Assembly (NCBI RefSeq): GCF_009914755.1
Contig: NC_060926.1
Origin: the human T2T-CHM13v2.0 reference genome, Homo sapiens
Length of the DNA stretch: 64,000 nucleotides
Direction: 5' to 3' (one strand)
The position numbers and the translations under genes are program-made. Positions 27,760-40,490 of this stretch are shown one piece after another. Below the pieces are notes generated by a model. That model was given only the letters and a program-made list of their open reading frames with translations, had not been told where the DNA came from and did no database searches. The number at the start of each line of letters is the position of its first letter. Position 1 is the first letter of the stretch.

Positions 27760-28150
27760 ATCAAGGTAGGTCAGGTTATGCTGTGATAACAAATAACCCC
27801 CGAATCTCAGTTACACAAAACAACAAAAGTTTTATTCTCTGCATATACTACATGTCTGATAGGAGTCAGCAGGGCTCTTCTTATGGTGATGGTTCTGGGA
27901 GCCAGGCTGGTGGAGATTCCTTCCTGATACCTCCTGCCACCATCAAGGCTGCGAGGGAAGAGAATGCTAGATGATGTCTTGCTGGCCATGAAATGCTCCA
28001 GCCAGAAGTGACGTGCATCCTTCTCCTCACAGCCTGTTGGTCAGAACTGGTCAGATAGCCTCACTTTATGGAAAAAGACTTGAAGAATAATCCTCCATGT
28101 GCCTAGATGGAAGGGAAAGCCAGATATGGGTGGACAATAAAAGCTTCTAC
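27760..28150 (-). mobile_element. Old MaLR LTR (MLT1J/K-type)
   Basis: aggttatgctgtgataacaaataacccccgaatctcagt ... cagaagtgacgtgcatc..ttggtcagaactggtca motifs. Confidence 0.65.
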
Positions 28151-28659
28151 TGAAAACGTATAATTATAGCTTGCTTTGGCTTGAATAAGCAAGAAAGAAG
28201 TAGCCATTGAGAGAGAATAAAGAGATAAGACTTCTGGAGAAAGGTCAGTTTTGAGCCAAGTCTTGGATATACAGCATTCATCAACCTAGAATTACTGTCA
28301 GACGTGATGTTTCAAATATGCCCAAGAGGCAATGATAGCTCCTTCTCTTTTCCTCCCTTCCCCATTCTCTGCATACTTTAGATGAAATATTCAGTGAGGT
28401 GGGCGGGGGATTAAATTAGATTAAATGGAAAGTAGAAATGGAGATTAGACATGCTCTCCTGCCACCTAAGTATTACATGAATATATTTGAAAGATAAAAC
28501 TCTCTTTTTCCATAGTTTATGGAATACGAGGGAATTTGAAAGGCTGGGGAAAGACAGCAGCCCATGGAACACAGACCACTGCAGCAGCAGAGCTCAGAGG
28601 ATGCCTGTACACTGCAGGGGCTGATTCTGAGTTTGAATCAAGAGTATCTGGGCTCCTAC

Positions 28660-28855
28660 TAGTGCTTCTCAATGAGGGTGCTGTTAGCATTTTTGATGGG
28701 ACGGTGTTTCATTGTGATGGACTGTGGGATGCTTTAGCATTCCTCATCCTTGCTTTCTAAATACCATTAGCCTTTCTGGTCATTGTGATGACCAATAAAT
28801 AACAGCCTCTATACTTATTTCTAAGGTTGGTACCACCTTGGTTGAGAACTCCTGA
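28660..28855. mobile_element. Degenerate MER20-like hAT element
   Basis: Terminal inverted repeats tagtgcttctcaa ... ttgagaactcctg around a decayed MER20-like interior. Confidence 0.5.
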
Positions 28856-29664
28856 CTAAAAGAAGGCAGGGCAGAGCAGGGTATGCCATTGATGTTGATT
28901 CCTAGCATCCAAGAACCACATCTGGGCATTTGTCTGAAGGAAGAAATTGGGAAGCTTCCATGATAAAAGCTCCAGTGGAAATTGTAGACCTTGGGAATGA
29001 ATATGCTAAACTGAGGTTCTCAACCAAGGGCCAGATCACAACTTCAGAGGCCTGAGGCAGACGTGTATTTTGGAAAAGCTTCCCAGGTGATTCTGATTCA
29101 GGTCCCTCCCTCAGTGAGTCATAAGACTGAACAGGAAGACAAGAAAAGTTGCCCCATAATGATGGCTCATGGTTATGGCCTTATGATGAGGATATAGCTG
29201 AGGCAGCACACACCTTGGAGCTGGGCTATAGGCAGAGCTCTTATTTTAGATGGTGGCAGAAGAAACCACACACAATATGAAGGCAGAAGAGCAAAGGTCA
29301 CTGAGAGGCCATGTTTTGCCCTTCAGTGTTGCCAGGTCCTGCTGTGTGTACATATACATTTAAGCCATGTTGTTTACTAGCCAGGACACTCCTTTGCTTC
29401 CTTTCTCATAAGTCTCCCTACATGAAATGTGCCTCATGGGAATGCTTAACACAGGGCTTAAGAAGGCCACCTTCGGAATCAGGCATCTGCAGCTTTAAAT
29501 ATCAGCTCAATGCTTCAGCAAGCATTGTGACCTTGGGCAAATTATTTAGCCTCTCCGAACTTCAGTATTGTTAATAAAATAGGCATTAAAATGTCTGCCT
29601 CACAAAAGTGTTGTAAAGATTAAAACCTTTAATTAACCATTTGGCACATGAGTGCTGAGACGAT

Positions 29665-29978
29665 AGATGGTGATGGTGATGGTTATGGTGGTGGAGGTGG
29701 ACGTGATGATAAAGATGATGGTGATGGTAGTGGTGATGGTGACAGTGATAGTGGTGATTATGGCAATGTTGATAGTTGTGATGAAGATGATGATGGTGAT
29801 AAGGATAATGGTGATGGTGGTGGTGGTGATAGTGATAGTGATGATGATAATGGTAGTAGTGATGATAGTGATGGTGGTGGTAGTGATGATGGTGATGGTG
29901 ATATGGTGGTGGTGGTGGAGGTGGAGATGATGATGATGATAATGATGATGATGGCAGTGGTCATGGTGGTGGTGGTGT
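29665..29978. repeat. Compound (GAT/GGT/AGT)n trinucleotide low-complexity tract (~310 bp)
   Basis: Direct reading. It generates the spurious Asp/Gly- and Met/Val-rich ORFs at 29648-30007. Confidence 0.95.
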
Positions 29979-30049
29979 TAGTGCAGAAACAGAATATGGT
30001 CCTCTAACAAAAGATGCCTCCATAGATTCCAAGCAGTACTGCCTGGCTA

Positions 30050-31600
30050 GGATAAGGAATATATCAGTTCAATATTTATCAAGCTGTGCTAGAGTTCTGG
30101 AATCAAAAAATGCCTAAAACAAGTGCCAAGTCTCAAGGAGCTCAAAGTTTTGTAGAAGACATGGGGAAACAGTGAAATAATTTAATTTTGGTTGAGATGA
30201 GAGGGACTTAGGAGGCTTCATAGAGGAGGTGACTTTGGATCTGGAACTTGGAAGTTGATCAGGATTTTGTCAGGTGACAAAGTAAAGAAAAAGGCAACAT
30301 TTAGGAAAGCAAACTAACACATACTCTTTGTAATATGAGTGTGACAGGGAAATAATCTGGAAAGAGTTTGGATTTTATTCCATCAGGAATAGGTTATGAG
30401 ATTAAAGGTTTCTAAGGACAAAAGTGTCAAGCTTATGTATGTGTTTTAGAAATACATATCTATCATCTATGTTTGCAGTGAGGATGAAGGAAAAAAATAA
30501 TAAATGAGACTGGGGGCTCTTTTGTATTAAGGATCAGCAGGATTGGATGAGCCACTGGCTGTGAGTGAATGGGAGAGGAAAGGGTTGCAACAGTAAGGAG
30601 CAGGCATCAGAAGGAAAGAGAAGTTGGTGTGGACATGCTGAGTCTGAACATGTAGGGCATGTGCATGGAGATGTTGAGTAGGCAGTTGGCTTGATACCCT
30701 GGAGCTGAAAATAAAAACTTGAGTGTTGTAAGCCCAAGGGTAATAGTTGAAAATGCAGGTATGGATAATAAATAATATCAAGATAATATCAGGATTTTTA
30801 AATGCCCAGAAGAGGTGGAGTTTGAAGAGGAAGATGGCCAAAGTCCAACCCAAAGGAATTGCTAACAGGAATTGTCTGGGCAAGAGAAGAAATTACACTA
30901 AACAGAGCTGAGAAGAAGCAGAACAGTCAGAGAACCAGCAAAGAATTGTATTAGTGAGGCAAGGAGGGACAGAATTTCAATGGGGGGAAGGGGTGATCAT
31001 TCAGATGCTTTCTCCTGAAATCATCTCCTCCTCAATTTATGGTCTTGGTGAATGGTGGCCCTATAAGTCCAGCTGCTTAAGCCAGAGATATGAGAGTAAT
31101 CTCTTGTTCACACTCAAGTCTGATGATATCCACTGCCATATCTCTCCCAGGTTGACCTTGTACTCTACCTTGTCATTGTCTTAGCTCAGGCATTCACCAT
31201 TTTCACCCAGTTATTGGTCTCTTTGCTTCATTTCTTTACCCCTCTCCCCACCTTGTATTCTTGACAATCAATTCTAAAATTGATCTTTTTAGAACACAAA
31301 TCTGATGTCGATACTATCTTCCCTCTCACCTCTTACCCCTTAGACATTTCCGAAGCTCTTTCAGGATAAAGTGTAAACTCTTCAGCAAAGTATGCAAGAC
31401 CCTTATTGCTCAGGTCACTATGCATTTCCAAAACTTCATATCTTACCATATCCCACATCTTTTTAATTTTCAAAAAACTGTACTGCATAGTTCCCCAAAC
31501 TAACCCATGCCCTCTCTTGCCTTTGGCTCTAATGCCCTTCACCACCACACCCATCTTTACCTAGGTGATGCCTGCCCATTTATCCTTTGAGACGATTACT
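30050..31600. mobile_element. L2 remnants in both orientations
   Basis: ggaggcttcatagaggaggtgacttt, gagtttggattttattcc, gttggtgtggacatgctgagtctga, caggataaagtgtaaactcttcagc are typical L2 segments. Confidence 0.55.
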
Positions 31601-32172
31601 AGTGCATGGTCCCCTTCTATTACTAGTTGCGGGCTCCCTGTGGTAAGAAAAAAAATAATAATAAGAACAACCACTTTTCTATGTTATTTCTTCATTCAAA
31701 GTTCCTTCCTTATTCAGAATCTCCTAACCCCATAACAACTCATATTGCATGACAAGCAGTGGAGTGGTCCATTTTCAAGAGATGGAGAGGAAAAACCCTT
31801 AGTGTTTGTCCTATGGGGTTTCATCCAGTGACCTGACCTGTTTTTCCCCTGATGCTTAATGATATGCAGCCCTAATTAATAAATACCTGTAGAGACCTCC
31901 TGGAAGATGGCTTTCCCAACATCTTGATTGCAAAAGGATTATGATCAGAATCATAGTCAGCCTACCATCGCTCTTGACGTTAAAAATAATGCAGATTCCA
32001 GGTCTGCAGAAATTATATAGTAAATAAGAATTCTATAGCAAATAAGAGAAAAGTGAAGACTCCTAACTGTAACTTTAGACCAGTCACAATAATAAACAAT
32101 ATAAGGTAAAATGAAACTTCAGATGCTATTAGACAACACTAAGCATAAATAACCGTTAAAGTTCATTGTTAA

Positions 32173-32305
32173 CAGAGTGACCAAACATCCTAATTTGCCC
32201 AGGACAGGCCTGGTCTATGCTTGTTGTCCCAGCATAATTATGAATGTCTTCTTCTTTTACTCTCAAAAGTTTCTCAGTTTGGATTTTAAATTATATGGTC
32301 ATCCT
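32173..32305. mobile_element. MER94 (hAT-Blackjack MITE)
   Basis: agagtgacca...tggtcatcct terminal inverted repeats; internal ttgtcccagcataattat..actctcaaaagt..aaattatatggtca. Confidence 0.7.
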
Positions 32306-32569
32306 GATTATTAACTATTGTAAAAGACAATATCAAAAGGAAAGGGGATTGAAGGTCAAACAGGTAAAGCAACTTGCACACTTTGTTCCATTAAAATGGG
32401 CAGCCATTTCAGCACTCCTGCTTCCATTTAAGTGCTCTAATTTTAAGTCTTTTCTGGAATCCTCACTCCCAAATTCCCGTAACAATTAGCGGAAGTTCTT
32501 TAATACCTCTCACTATCTTAGCACCTAACACTCTGAACTGTAATTGTACATTTCCTGACCCTTCCATGG

Positions 32570-32930
32570 GGAGGCAGTGTTGCCTAATGGTTAAGAGCAC
32601 AGGGTTAAACCCAGAAAGACTTTATGAGCATAGCGTTTGGACAAGCATGGACTTCAACATGGACTCTAAGTCTAGACCACCTGGGTTCAAATCTCAGCCC
32701 TACCACATACTAGCTGTATGTCCTTGAGTAAGCTACTTAACCTCTCTATGAATTCAGTCTCCTCATCTGGAAAAAGGGAGATAATAATAGTATGTGTCAC
32801 ATAAGGTTGTGCTCAGAACAGCGTTGGCCACACTGGAAATGCTAGCTGTTATTATTAAGTGGCAATGAATGTAAAGTGCCCAGCACAATGCCTGCTGCTT
32901 AGTCAGTACTCAGTAAATGTGAAGTGTCAT
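32570..32930 (+). mobile_element. MIR
   Basis: cctgggttcaaatctcagccctaccac..tagctgt..ccttgagtaagctacttaacctctct..cagtctcctcatctggaaaaagggagataataatagta. Confidence 0.8.
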
Positions 32931-34034
32931 AATTATTCATCTTTATATAGACTACAAAGGACCAACCAGGCACTCAAATATCAGTTTGCTGATCAATATG
33001 TGCATACTATAAGTAGGTCCAGCAAGATGAGAACTGAAAACAAGCCATATACTTTAGCAGAAATAAGGGCATTGGTGACTTTTGGAAGTGCTGTTTTGGG
33101 GCATCATAAGAGCAGAAACTAAAAATTAATGAGCTGAGGGGCTTAATGGGAGATGAGAAAGCAAGTTTATGACTTCAGAAAAAGATCTGGAGCATCTGGA
33201 GCATAAACAGTTAGCTTCTCCCTCATTCCTTTCCCCTCTATCATCTAAAACTGTCCCATCTCCCAAAAGAAAAAGCCTGAAGAAAGTGTCTAGGAGACGC
33301 TGCATCGGGTCCAGAGACTAAGGGCGTTGACACTGACATGCAACACATGCGTTAGAAATTCACTAGAAATAAAGCAGACGGACTGAGTATGAAAGAGGTC
33401 AAGCCAGGGTCTACTTTCAACTCTGTTGCCAAATTGTAAAAAAATATGGAGAGAAAGATCAGTGAGGAGCCCCTAGAATAATCCCAGATCTGGAAGTGAG
33501 TTTGCAGTCGAGTGGGGACCTGAGAGAGATGAGAACCATCCCCTTGGAGCCCTGTTGCTGTTGGGCATCAGCATCATGCAGTGGCAGCTGCTCTGTGGGG
33601 GTCAAAGGGGAAACCAAGCCACAAGAGATGCCTATGAAAACCAGGCACCTCCATGACTGTGATCCTGTCCAGCGCTGCTGAGTCCTCCCGCCAGATCGCG
33701 CGCCTCCAGGGAAACGGCAGAGTTTTGTGTTTAATTATGTGGATGTACTGGGGATCAAGATGAGGCCAGGTATAGCACAATGCGAACCTGAAGTAGAGGC
33801 CAGGCCAAAGCATCCCCTACATATGGCAAGCTGGAATGATGTAACTGTGTCCAAAACAAGCAAACAAACCTTGCAAAGGTGAAGTTCCTTTGTGGAAATG
33901 ACTGGGGTTGATTCCATTCCCCACTCTCCCCTAACTGATGGAACAACAACATGATCTTACTTTAGCCATCAAGACTAACTCCTTTTCACCAGATTAATTC
34001 CTTAGAGAAGTTTATAAGTGTGAGATGATGCAAG

Positions 34035-34072
34035 TGTGTGTGTGTGTGTGTGTATGTGTGTGTGTGTGTGTG
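34035..34072. repeat. (TG)n microsatellite, once interrupted
   Basis: Direct reading. Confidence 0.95.
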
Positions 34073-34199
34073 TAAGCTATTTTGGAAGCAAATGCCAAGC
34101 CAAGTTATACCTTTCCACATTCAAGGATGAAAATAGGGCCTACAAAAGTTTAGCACCTTAAGATAAGTGATTAAACAAAATTCCTGAGGTGGAAGAATA

Positions 34200-37100
34200 A
34201 TATATTCATGGAAAGCATTTTCAGTAGCAAAAAAAAAAAAAAGGTCAATTGTGGCACCATATGACTTCAATTAAGTTAAATAAAACAGTAAATTTGTGAA
34301 ACAGGAGAAAAAATATGAAGTGAGAAGGGACTTAGAACGGTTAAGGAAATATAAAATAATATGGAAAAATTTAAAGTCACCAAAGAAGCAGTAAAGAGCA
34401 GAACAGACAATGCAGAAAATGAAATAAATGATGCAGGCATGTTTAAGGAATTCTCATAATTTCAGGAGGAAAACACAGCTAGAGGAAAGTGATGAATGAT
34501 AAAATGATAAATAATGAATGAAAAAAATAGCTATTCAAAGGACCAAATAACTTTTCATTGCTAAAGTATAGTCTAGAAGAAACTTTCAATGCTTTAATAG
34601 AAGAAAACTCTTCTGACTTAAGAAAAATTTGAAAATGCAGATTAAGTAGGCTCACCAAGTGATAATCTCAATTAATTATTCATTAAAAAACACTAATATT
34701 TAAACATTTCCTGGTGACAATCTTTAAAAGACAAAAGAAGAACTTTATAAGTGGGAAGAAAACACATGGTACCTGCGAAGGCTCTGAACATTAAATGGTG
34801 AATTTTGATTGACACAATTAATCTTTTATGATGGATAAAATTTTTGATGAAGAAATTCTGATGGATTTATGAACTAAAATGTTATACCTAGCCAAGATAT
34901 CACTTACACATGAAAAAAAATAAAAAAGCATTTTCAGATACATATGGATTCTTTCTGAAAGGGGAATGGGATAATTTTCTTCAGGAAATTATCTGAAATG
35001 TGAATCAAAGTTTAAAAATATAAAATATAATAGTTATTACACAAAAGAAGTGGAAATGACCATTGAATCAATTTTAGCAAATATATGTCTAAATAGTATT
35101 TTCAATAAATTTTGACATAATATTGCATCAACAGACAAAACCAGTCTGTCGTGAGAAAGGAACAAGCTGAAAATAAGAAGCTTTGGGGGAAAAAAATACA
35201 CTGTTTCTGAATATTCAAATCCATTAGAAATAATGACCACCACATTGAATATTGCAAAAAAGTAGATTCAGTTCATCAGAGGACAGTTTGAGAAAATTCC
35301 TCAGAACTTAAGCTGAAAGGATGCAGAGATTAAAATTATGAGAAAAGAGGCTGGGTGCGATGGCTCTCACCTGTAATCCCAGCACTTTGGAAGGCCAAGA
35401 CGGGCAGATTACTTGAGGTCAGGAGTTCGAGACCAGCCTGGGCAACATGTTGAGACCCCCCCCCCTCCATCTCTACTAAAAATACAAAAATAATTAGCCA
35501 GGCGTGGTGGCGCGTGCCTGCTGTCCCAGCTACTCAGGAGGCCGAGGCACAAGAATTGCTTGAACCCAGGAGGCAGAGATTGCAGTGAGCCAAGTTCACA
35601 CCACTACACTTCGGCCAGGGCAACAGAGCAAGACCCTGTCTCAAATAAAATAAAATAATGAGTAAAGAGAAAAGTAGGTCAAAGACTAGATCCAGGATAT
35701 CTAATATCTAATATATATATATATTAGATATATATAGATATAGATATATACACAATAACAATTCTGGGGACAGAGAACACTTATAAGAGATACAATAAAA
35801 AATAATAATAAAGGAAGATAATTTTCCTGAGCTGCAGAAAGATTGGAGTCTTTAGATTTGGAAGATTTAGGTAAAATACTCAGCCTAATTAGTTTTTTTA
35901 AATGGTCTACAACTTGTACAATCTTCGATAATTTCTTAAAATATAAGAATAGAAAAGTCTACATTCTTCCAACAAAGAAAAAAAAATAGGCTCAACAAAA
36001 AGGAAAGTGAGATTCAGACTGGCGTTAGTTTTTTTACTCTACACATTAAATGTTCCAAAAAAGCTCAATAATTATAAGGTTTTGAGTGAAATGTGATTTT
36101 AAAATTCCTTAGTCAGGCTTTAAAATGATACACATTTTAAAATTGTATTACTTACTGAAAAAATTACCTAAAAATATTGACATCGGAATGGAAAATATAT
36201 GTGAAAAAATATATAAGAAAAAGACATGGCATAAAAGAAACAGAAGGAATGGCTCTAGAAAAGTTAAGAAGTCAATAATAAGGCCATCAGTGAGACTTTG
36301 TAGCAAAATATAAAACTGAAAGAATGGATTGTCAATAGAGAAAATGAAAAATGTAAAATTTTTATGCGAGGTAGCAAAAATCACTCATATTACATTTACA
36401 TATGCAAGAAGATGCGGTTTATTCTTAGCTCCCAAACTCCTCTTTTCTTCCAAGTCCACCTTCTGGGTAGCAAGAGGGAGGGAAATCCATAAATTTTGAA
36501 TCCAAGTTGTGATAATAGTCCATTGTGGTGATTTTTTAAAATCCCTTTAGGTAAAATGCTCAGTCTTTCAAATGTTGCCTTTCCCTCACCAATAGAATCT
36601 GGGTATTTGAAGGAGATGGATTTGTCTCTGTGAAGGAGTCCTTCGATTCTGGACCAGTTGGTTTCATGGAAAGTTCTGTCACATCTTCAAGGAACAGAAA
36701 ATTTCAGTACTAGTGTTAAACGCATACAGACAGCAGGAAAAAATAGTTTCTCAATTCACTTTATGAAGCTAGCATAGATCTAATAACCATATCTACCAAA
36801 GATAATACCTTCATACACAAAACTTCCCACCAACTTCTGAATAAAAACTTTAAATTTTAAATTAAATACATATTGTTAAAAAACTAACAGTATAGTAAAG
36901 GAATAATATCCTAAGACCAAGTAAAATTTATCCTAGGAATGCAACAGGGCTTCAATATTTGAGAAATGTTTAAGATAACTCCAATTTTTTTGACTGCTGA
37001 AGATAAAAACTGTATCTCAGCAGAATCTGAAAGACATCTCTGAATACTTAAGCATTCAAGGATATATTCAAAATATATTTTGAACCCTATACCCTACAGA

Positions 37101-37330
37101 GAATAAACTTTCCTTTCAAATGCCCATGAAATATTTATTAGGTCACAAAGAATGCCTCCATATATCTCCCAAGGCGCAATTTTTCCAGTCTGCATTATCG
37201 GCAATAAATAACAGGAAATGAATAGCAAAGTACACCAAAACTTCAGCTATCAGGAAAAAAAATACAGATTTGTATATTATCTTGTCGTGAGAAAGACATG
37301 ACAGTGAATACAGAAATTTAGAAAAAAACG
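34200..37330 (+). mobile_element. Ancient L1M fragments (ORF1/ORF2-derived), interrupted by an Alu
   Basis: Strongly A-rich. Decayed L1 motifs (aatagaagaaaactcttctgacttaag, ttatacctagccaagatatca, caattcactttatgaagctagcata, ggaatgcaacagggcttcaatattt). Confidence 0.5.
35349..35651 (+). mobile_element. Alu (AluS-like)
   Basis: Full dimer. Degenerate TSD aaaattatgagaaaaga / aaaataatgagtaaaga. Confidence 0.95.
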
Positions 37331-37361
37331 AGTCTGAAAGAAAGTGATTGTCTGGGACATA

Positions 37362-37565
37362 AGCTGGCGAACTATGGCCTGCAGCCTGTTTTTGTAAATA
37401 AAATTTTATTGTAGTACGGCCACATTCATTTTGTTCATGTACTATCAATAGCTGCTTTTGTGCTACAAAAAGCAGAGTTGAGTAGTTGCCACGGAGACCA
37501 CATGGCCCCCAGAACCTGAAATATTTACTGTCTGGCCCTTCACAGAAAAAGCTTGCCCACCCCTG
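37362..37565. mobile_element. MER58A (hAT-Charlie)
   Basis: ggcgaactatggcc..gcctgtttttgtaaataaa..gcagagttgagtagttg..aaatatttactgtctggcccttcacagaaaaagcttgcccacccctg. Confidence 0.85.
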
Positions 37566-37617
37566 GACTAAGAAAACATTTGCAACCGAATATAAAATGG
37601 GCCAAAAATATTGAGAC

Positions 37618-37793
37618 CAGGGTCAGCTTCATGGGCATGGGACCTGTGCAGTCAGCCACCCAGGGCCTCTCATTTCAAAGGGCCTGGCCCTTGGTTTAAG
37701 GGCCATCTTGCCATCTTGAATTTTGTTAAGTTTTGAACAAGAGACACTGCATTTTCATTTTACCCTAGGTTCTGCAAATTATGTAGCTTATCT
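37618..37793. mobile_element. MER91A-like (hAT-Tip100)
   Basis: cagggtcagcttcatgggcatgggacctgtgcagtc ... gcattttcattttaccctaggttctgcaaattatgtagc. Confidence 0.7.
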
Positions 37794-39812
37794 TAATTGA
37801 TACAAAGAAAAATGAACCATAAATGTGAAAAAATTATGGCTTATAGTTAAATACATCCAAATTAAAACAATAGTGAAATCAGTTTGTCCTTCCTCTGCCC
37901 ACCCTCACTGCACAGTCTAATTACGTTGATGTGGGGACAGTCTATAGGGTAATTGGCTCCTAGAGAGCCAAACATGAACCCCTCATTCTTAGCATCTGTC
38001 CCTCCCTCTCTCTTTTCTTTTCATAATCCTCAGATAGCAAAGGGCTTTCTGTCCCTCTGCTGTACTGCCAGCCTAAGGCATGGATTTCTTCACCAAATGA
38101 CACAAGAGGAAATTATGTCCTCCTTATATTGTGATCTTAATCCTCCAAGTTTTGTTCTTTAACTGCTAAAGGAATTTAGAAAATCTCTCTTTGACAAAGT
38201 CTTGCTTCCAAACCAGTTGTCTTGCTGCAAAAATCATATTTTGAATTTCAAATGTTAACTTTTTCCCCTTTTCTGCATCACTGCTGGAAAAACAGAATCC
38301 CCCACTGCTCCAGGGTGGCTCCTGCCAGATGGATGTCTCCGACTGACCAGGGTCACTTTCTGTGCAGTTGCTAAAGAGAAAAGCACAGTACAAAGTTCAA
38401 AATATTACCCCCATTATGTATGTAAAGATATTGTTAAAAAATATTCATCAGAATTCTTTTATAATGGTGAAAAAGTAGAAGCAACTCAATGTACAAAAAG
38501 GAATTATAGCTATTATAAAGTTATAATTGTACAAGTTATAAAGTGGAGAAAATGCAGATGTTACAAGTGATGTTGGGAAGGATTAGTGAATGAAATAAAA
38601 ATTTGTTCATAACCATAATGACATTAAGTGAAAAAAGCAGAGACCATAACCTGTAAATACACAAAGTGAAGATGCTTGGGGAAAAGTCTGAAAGTAAAAT
38701 CATTGCAGTGAAGGCAATGGTTCTATCTGAGCTGTGGGATGATGGGTGATTTTTATTTTCTTCCTTTTGTTTGTCTTTCCCTCCTCTCTACCCACCCCCC
38801 CAAAATTTCCAACAATGGACCTGCTGCTTTTGTGATACGATATTTGTAAACCCTCTCCCTTGGTGCCCTCATTCTGCGTCACTTCCTCCTAAGTAACATC
38901 ATCCACAGCCACTCTCACCCGACGATGTTGACCCATCCCCCTTTGATCTTTCTGGGGGATGCAAAGTGGCTACTGTGGCTTCATCTCTGTGAATCTGGCG
39001 AGTGTGAGGAATGGAGCCGCAGCTGTGCATTTCAATTATGGGAAATACCTTTTGGGTTACTAACCCATTGTCTGTATTCTTAACAACAGTGCTTTTGTGT
39101 TGAATCTGCACCAAAAGTACCAATAGTTGATATCAGAAAATGTTTTTAGGGTTCTCCTGGTGTACATGTGTTGTGTGTGTGTGTGTGCATGTGCCTGTCG
39201 AAAAAGGCAGAGTGGAGTTGAAAGGAGTGCATATTTTGCTGTAATACCTTTTTGATCATGATCCACAAGAAAAATACATTTTATATCTTGACACAGTACA
39301 TATACAATACTTATGTGTAATTGAACAAAAGTTAACACATAACATTCTTTTAGTTACTGTATGCAGTATATTCTGGTATTTCTATTCTATTCTATTTTTT
39401 TAATGTTAGCAATGTCCCATGACATTGCTTTCCCAAATCACTAATAAATTCCATTCTGCAGCTTAAAAATCATTGTTTCCATAGGCATCAGTTAGATATA
39501 CTAACAGGATATTTCATCACAAGTCAGTCGAGTGGGGCCAGGCACCCTGTCCTGGGGTCTCTGTGACACAGACAGGAGCAGAGCGGGCAGCCCCAACTCA
39601 AAGTACAGTGCTCAGTGACTAGGTTTGGGTCTGTATTGATGTCTAAAGAAGTTGGAGTGGAGGCAAAAGTCAAGGTCAAGCTTTTTGAGCAAGAGGGAGG
39701 TATGGCTGTGACTTGAAACAGTAATAGGAGGACAAAGCCTGAAGGCCTGGGCCAGGTTTAAGACTCCAGGCAGTCAGAGGACAGGGCAAGGCTAGGAGGA
39801 AGCAGAGGAAGG

Positions 39813-40490
39813 CATTGCCCTCAGATTATTGTTCAGTTACTTCCAAGGGTCTAATATGCAAAGAGTAGAAGCAAAATAAGAACTCCAAATCTCATTCTGA
39901 CTTGTCTTCTAAAGGGCACTCTTTTCTTTGGAAGAAGCTGGGGAGGGAGCACAACAGCAAATGAATGCAGGGTCTCTGACAGCAGAATCAAGTGTGAGTC
40001 CCACTTACATGCGCCTGAAGCTGCTGAACATGTCTGTATCCTTCCAGGATTGGGACCCAAGTGGGTTGCTGAGGACATCAGTGACTTCAACTGGGTGGGG
40101 CTAAGGACAAGTAGAAATTGGCAGTTTTATAATTTCCATCCTTAGAGCTGCTCTGCTCTTCCAGGATTAAAAGACTCCTTGGTGATGGTTCCAACTGCAA
40201 ACTTTCTTTTTCCCTTTTATTCTATTCTAATCTGTGTGCAAAAGAAGGGAGGATAATTTAAATTCATTTTGGCCAACTTGATTCTTTCTGACTCTGGTTG
40301 TATGTGTGGCTAATGGAAAGAGCCTGTGTTTTCTAAGGAGCTTAACCACAGGGAGGTTTGGAAACTCACATAAACAGAAAAGAATGCACTTCAGAAAACA
40401 AGTCAGAATGAGATTTGGAGCTCTTATTTTGCTTCTACTCTTTGCATATTAGACCCTTGGAAGTAATTAAACAATAATCAGAGGGCAGTG
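39813..40490. repeat. Inverted repeat: 115-bp arms (39813-39927 and 40376-40490), 448-bp spacer
   Basis: Hand alignment of arm 1 against the reverse complement of arm 2 gives 106/115 identical, ungapped. Confidence 0.95.

Noticed and set aside
29648-30007. Asp/Gly-rich and Met/Val-rich ORFs resembling acidic matrix or membrane proteins
   Set aside because: Translations of a (GAT/GGT)n simple repeat, open in several frames.
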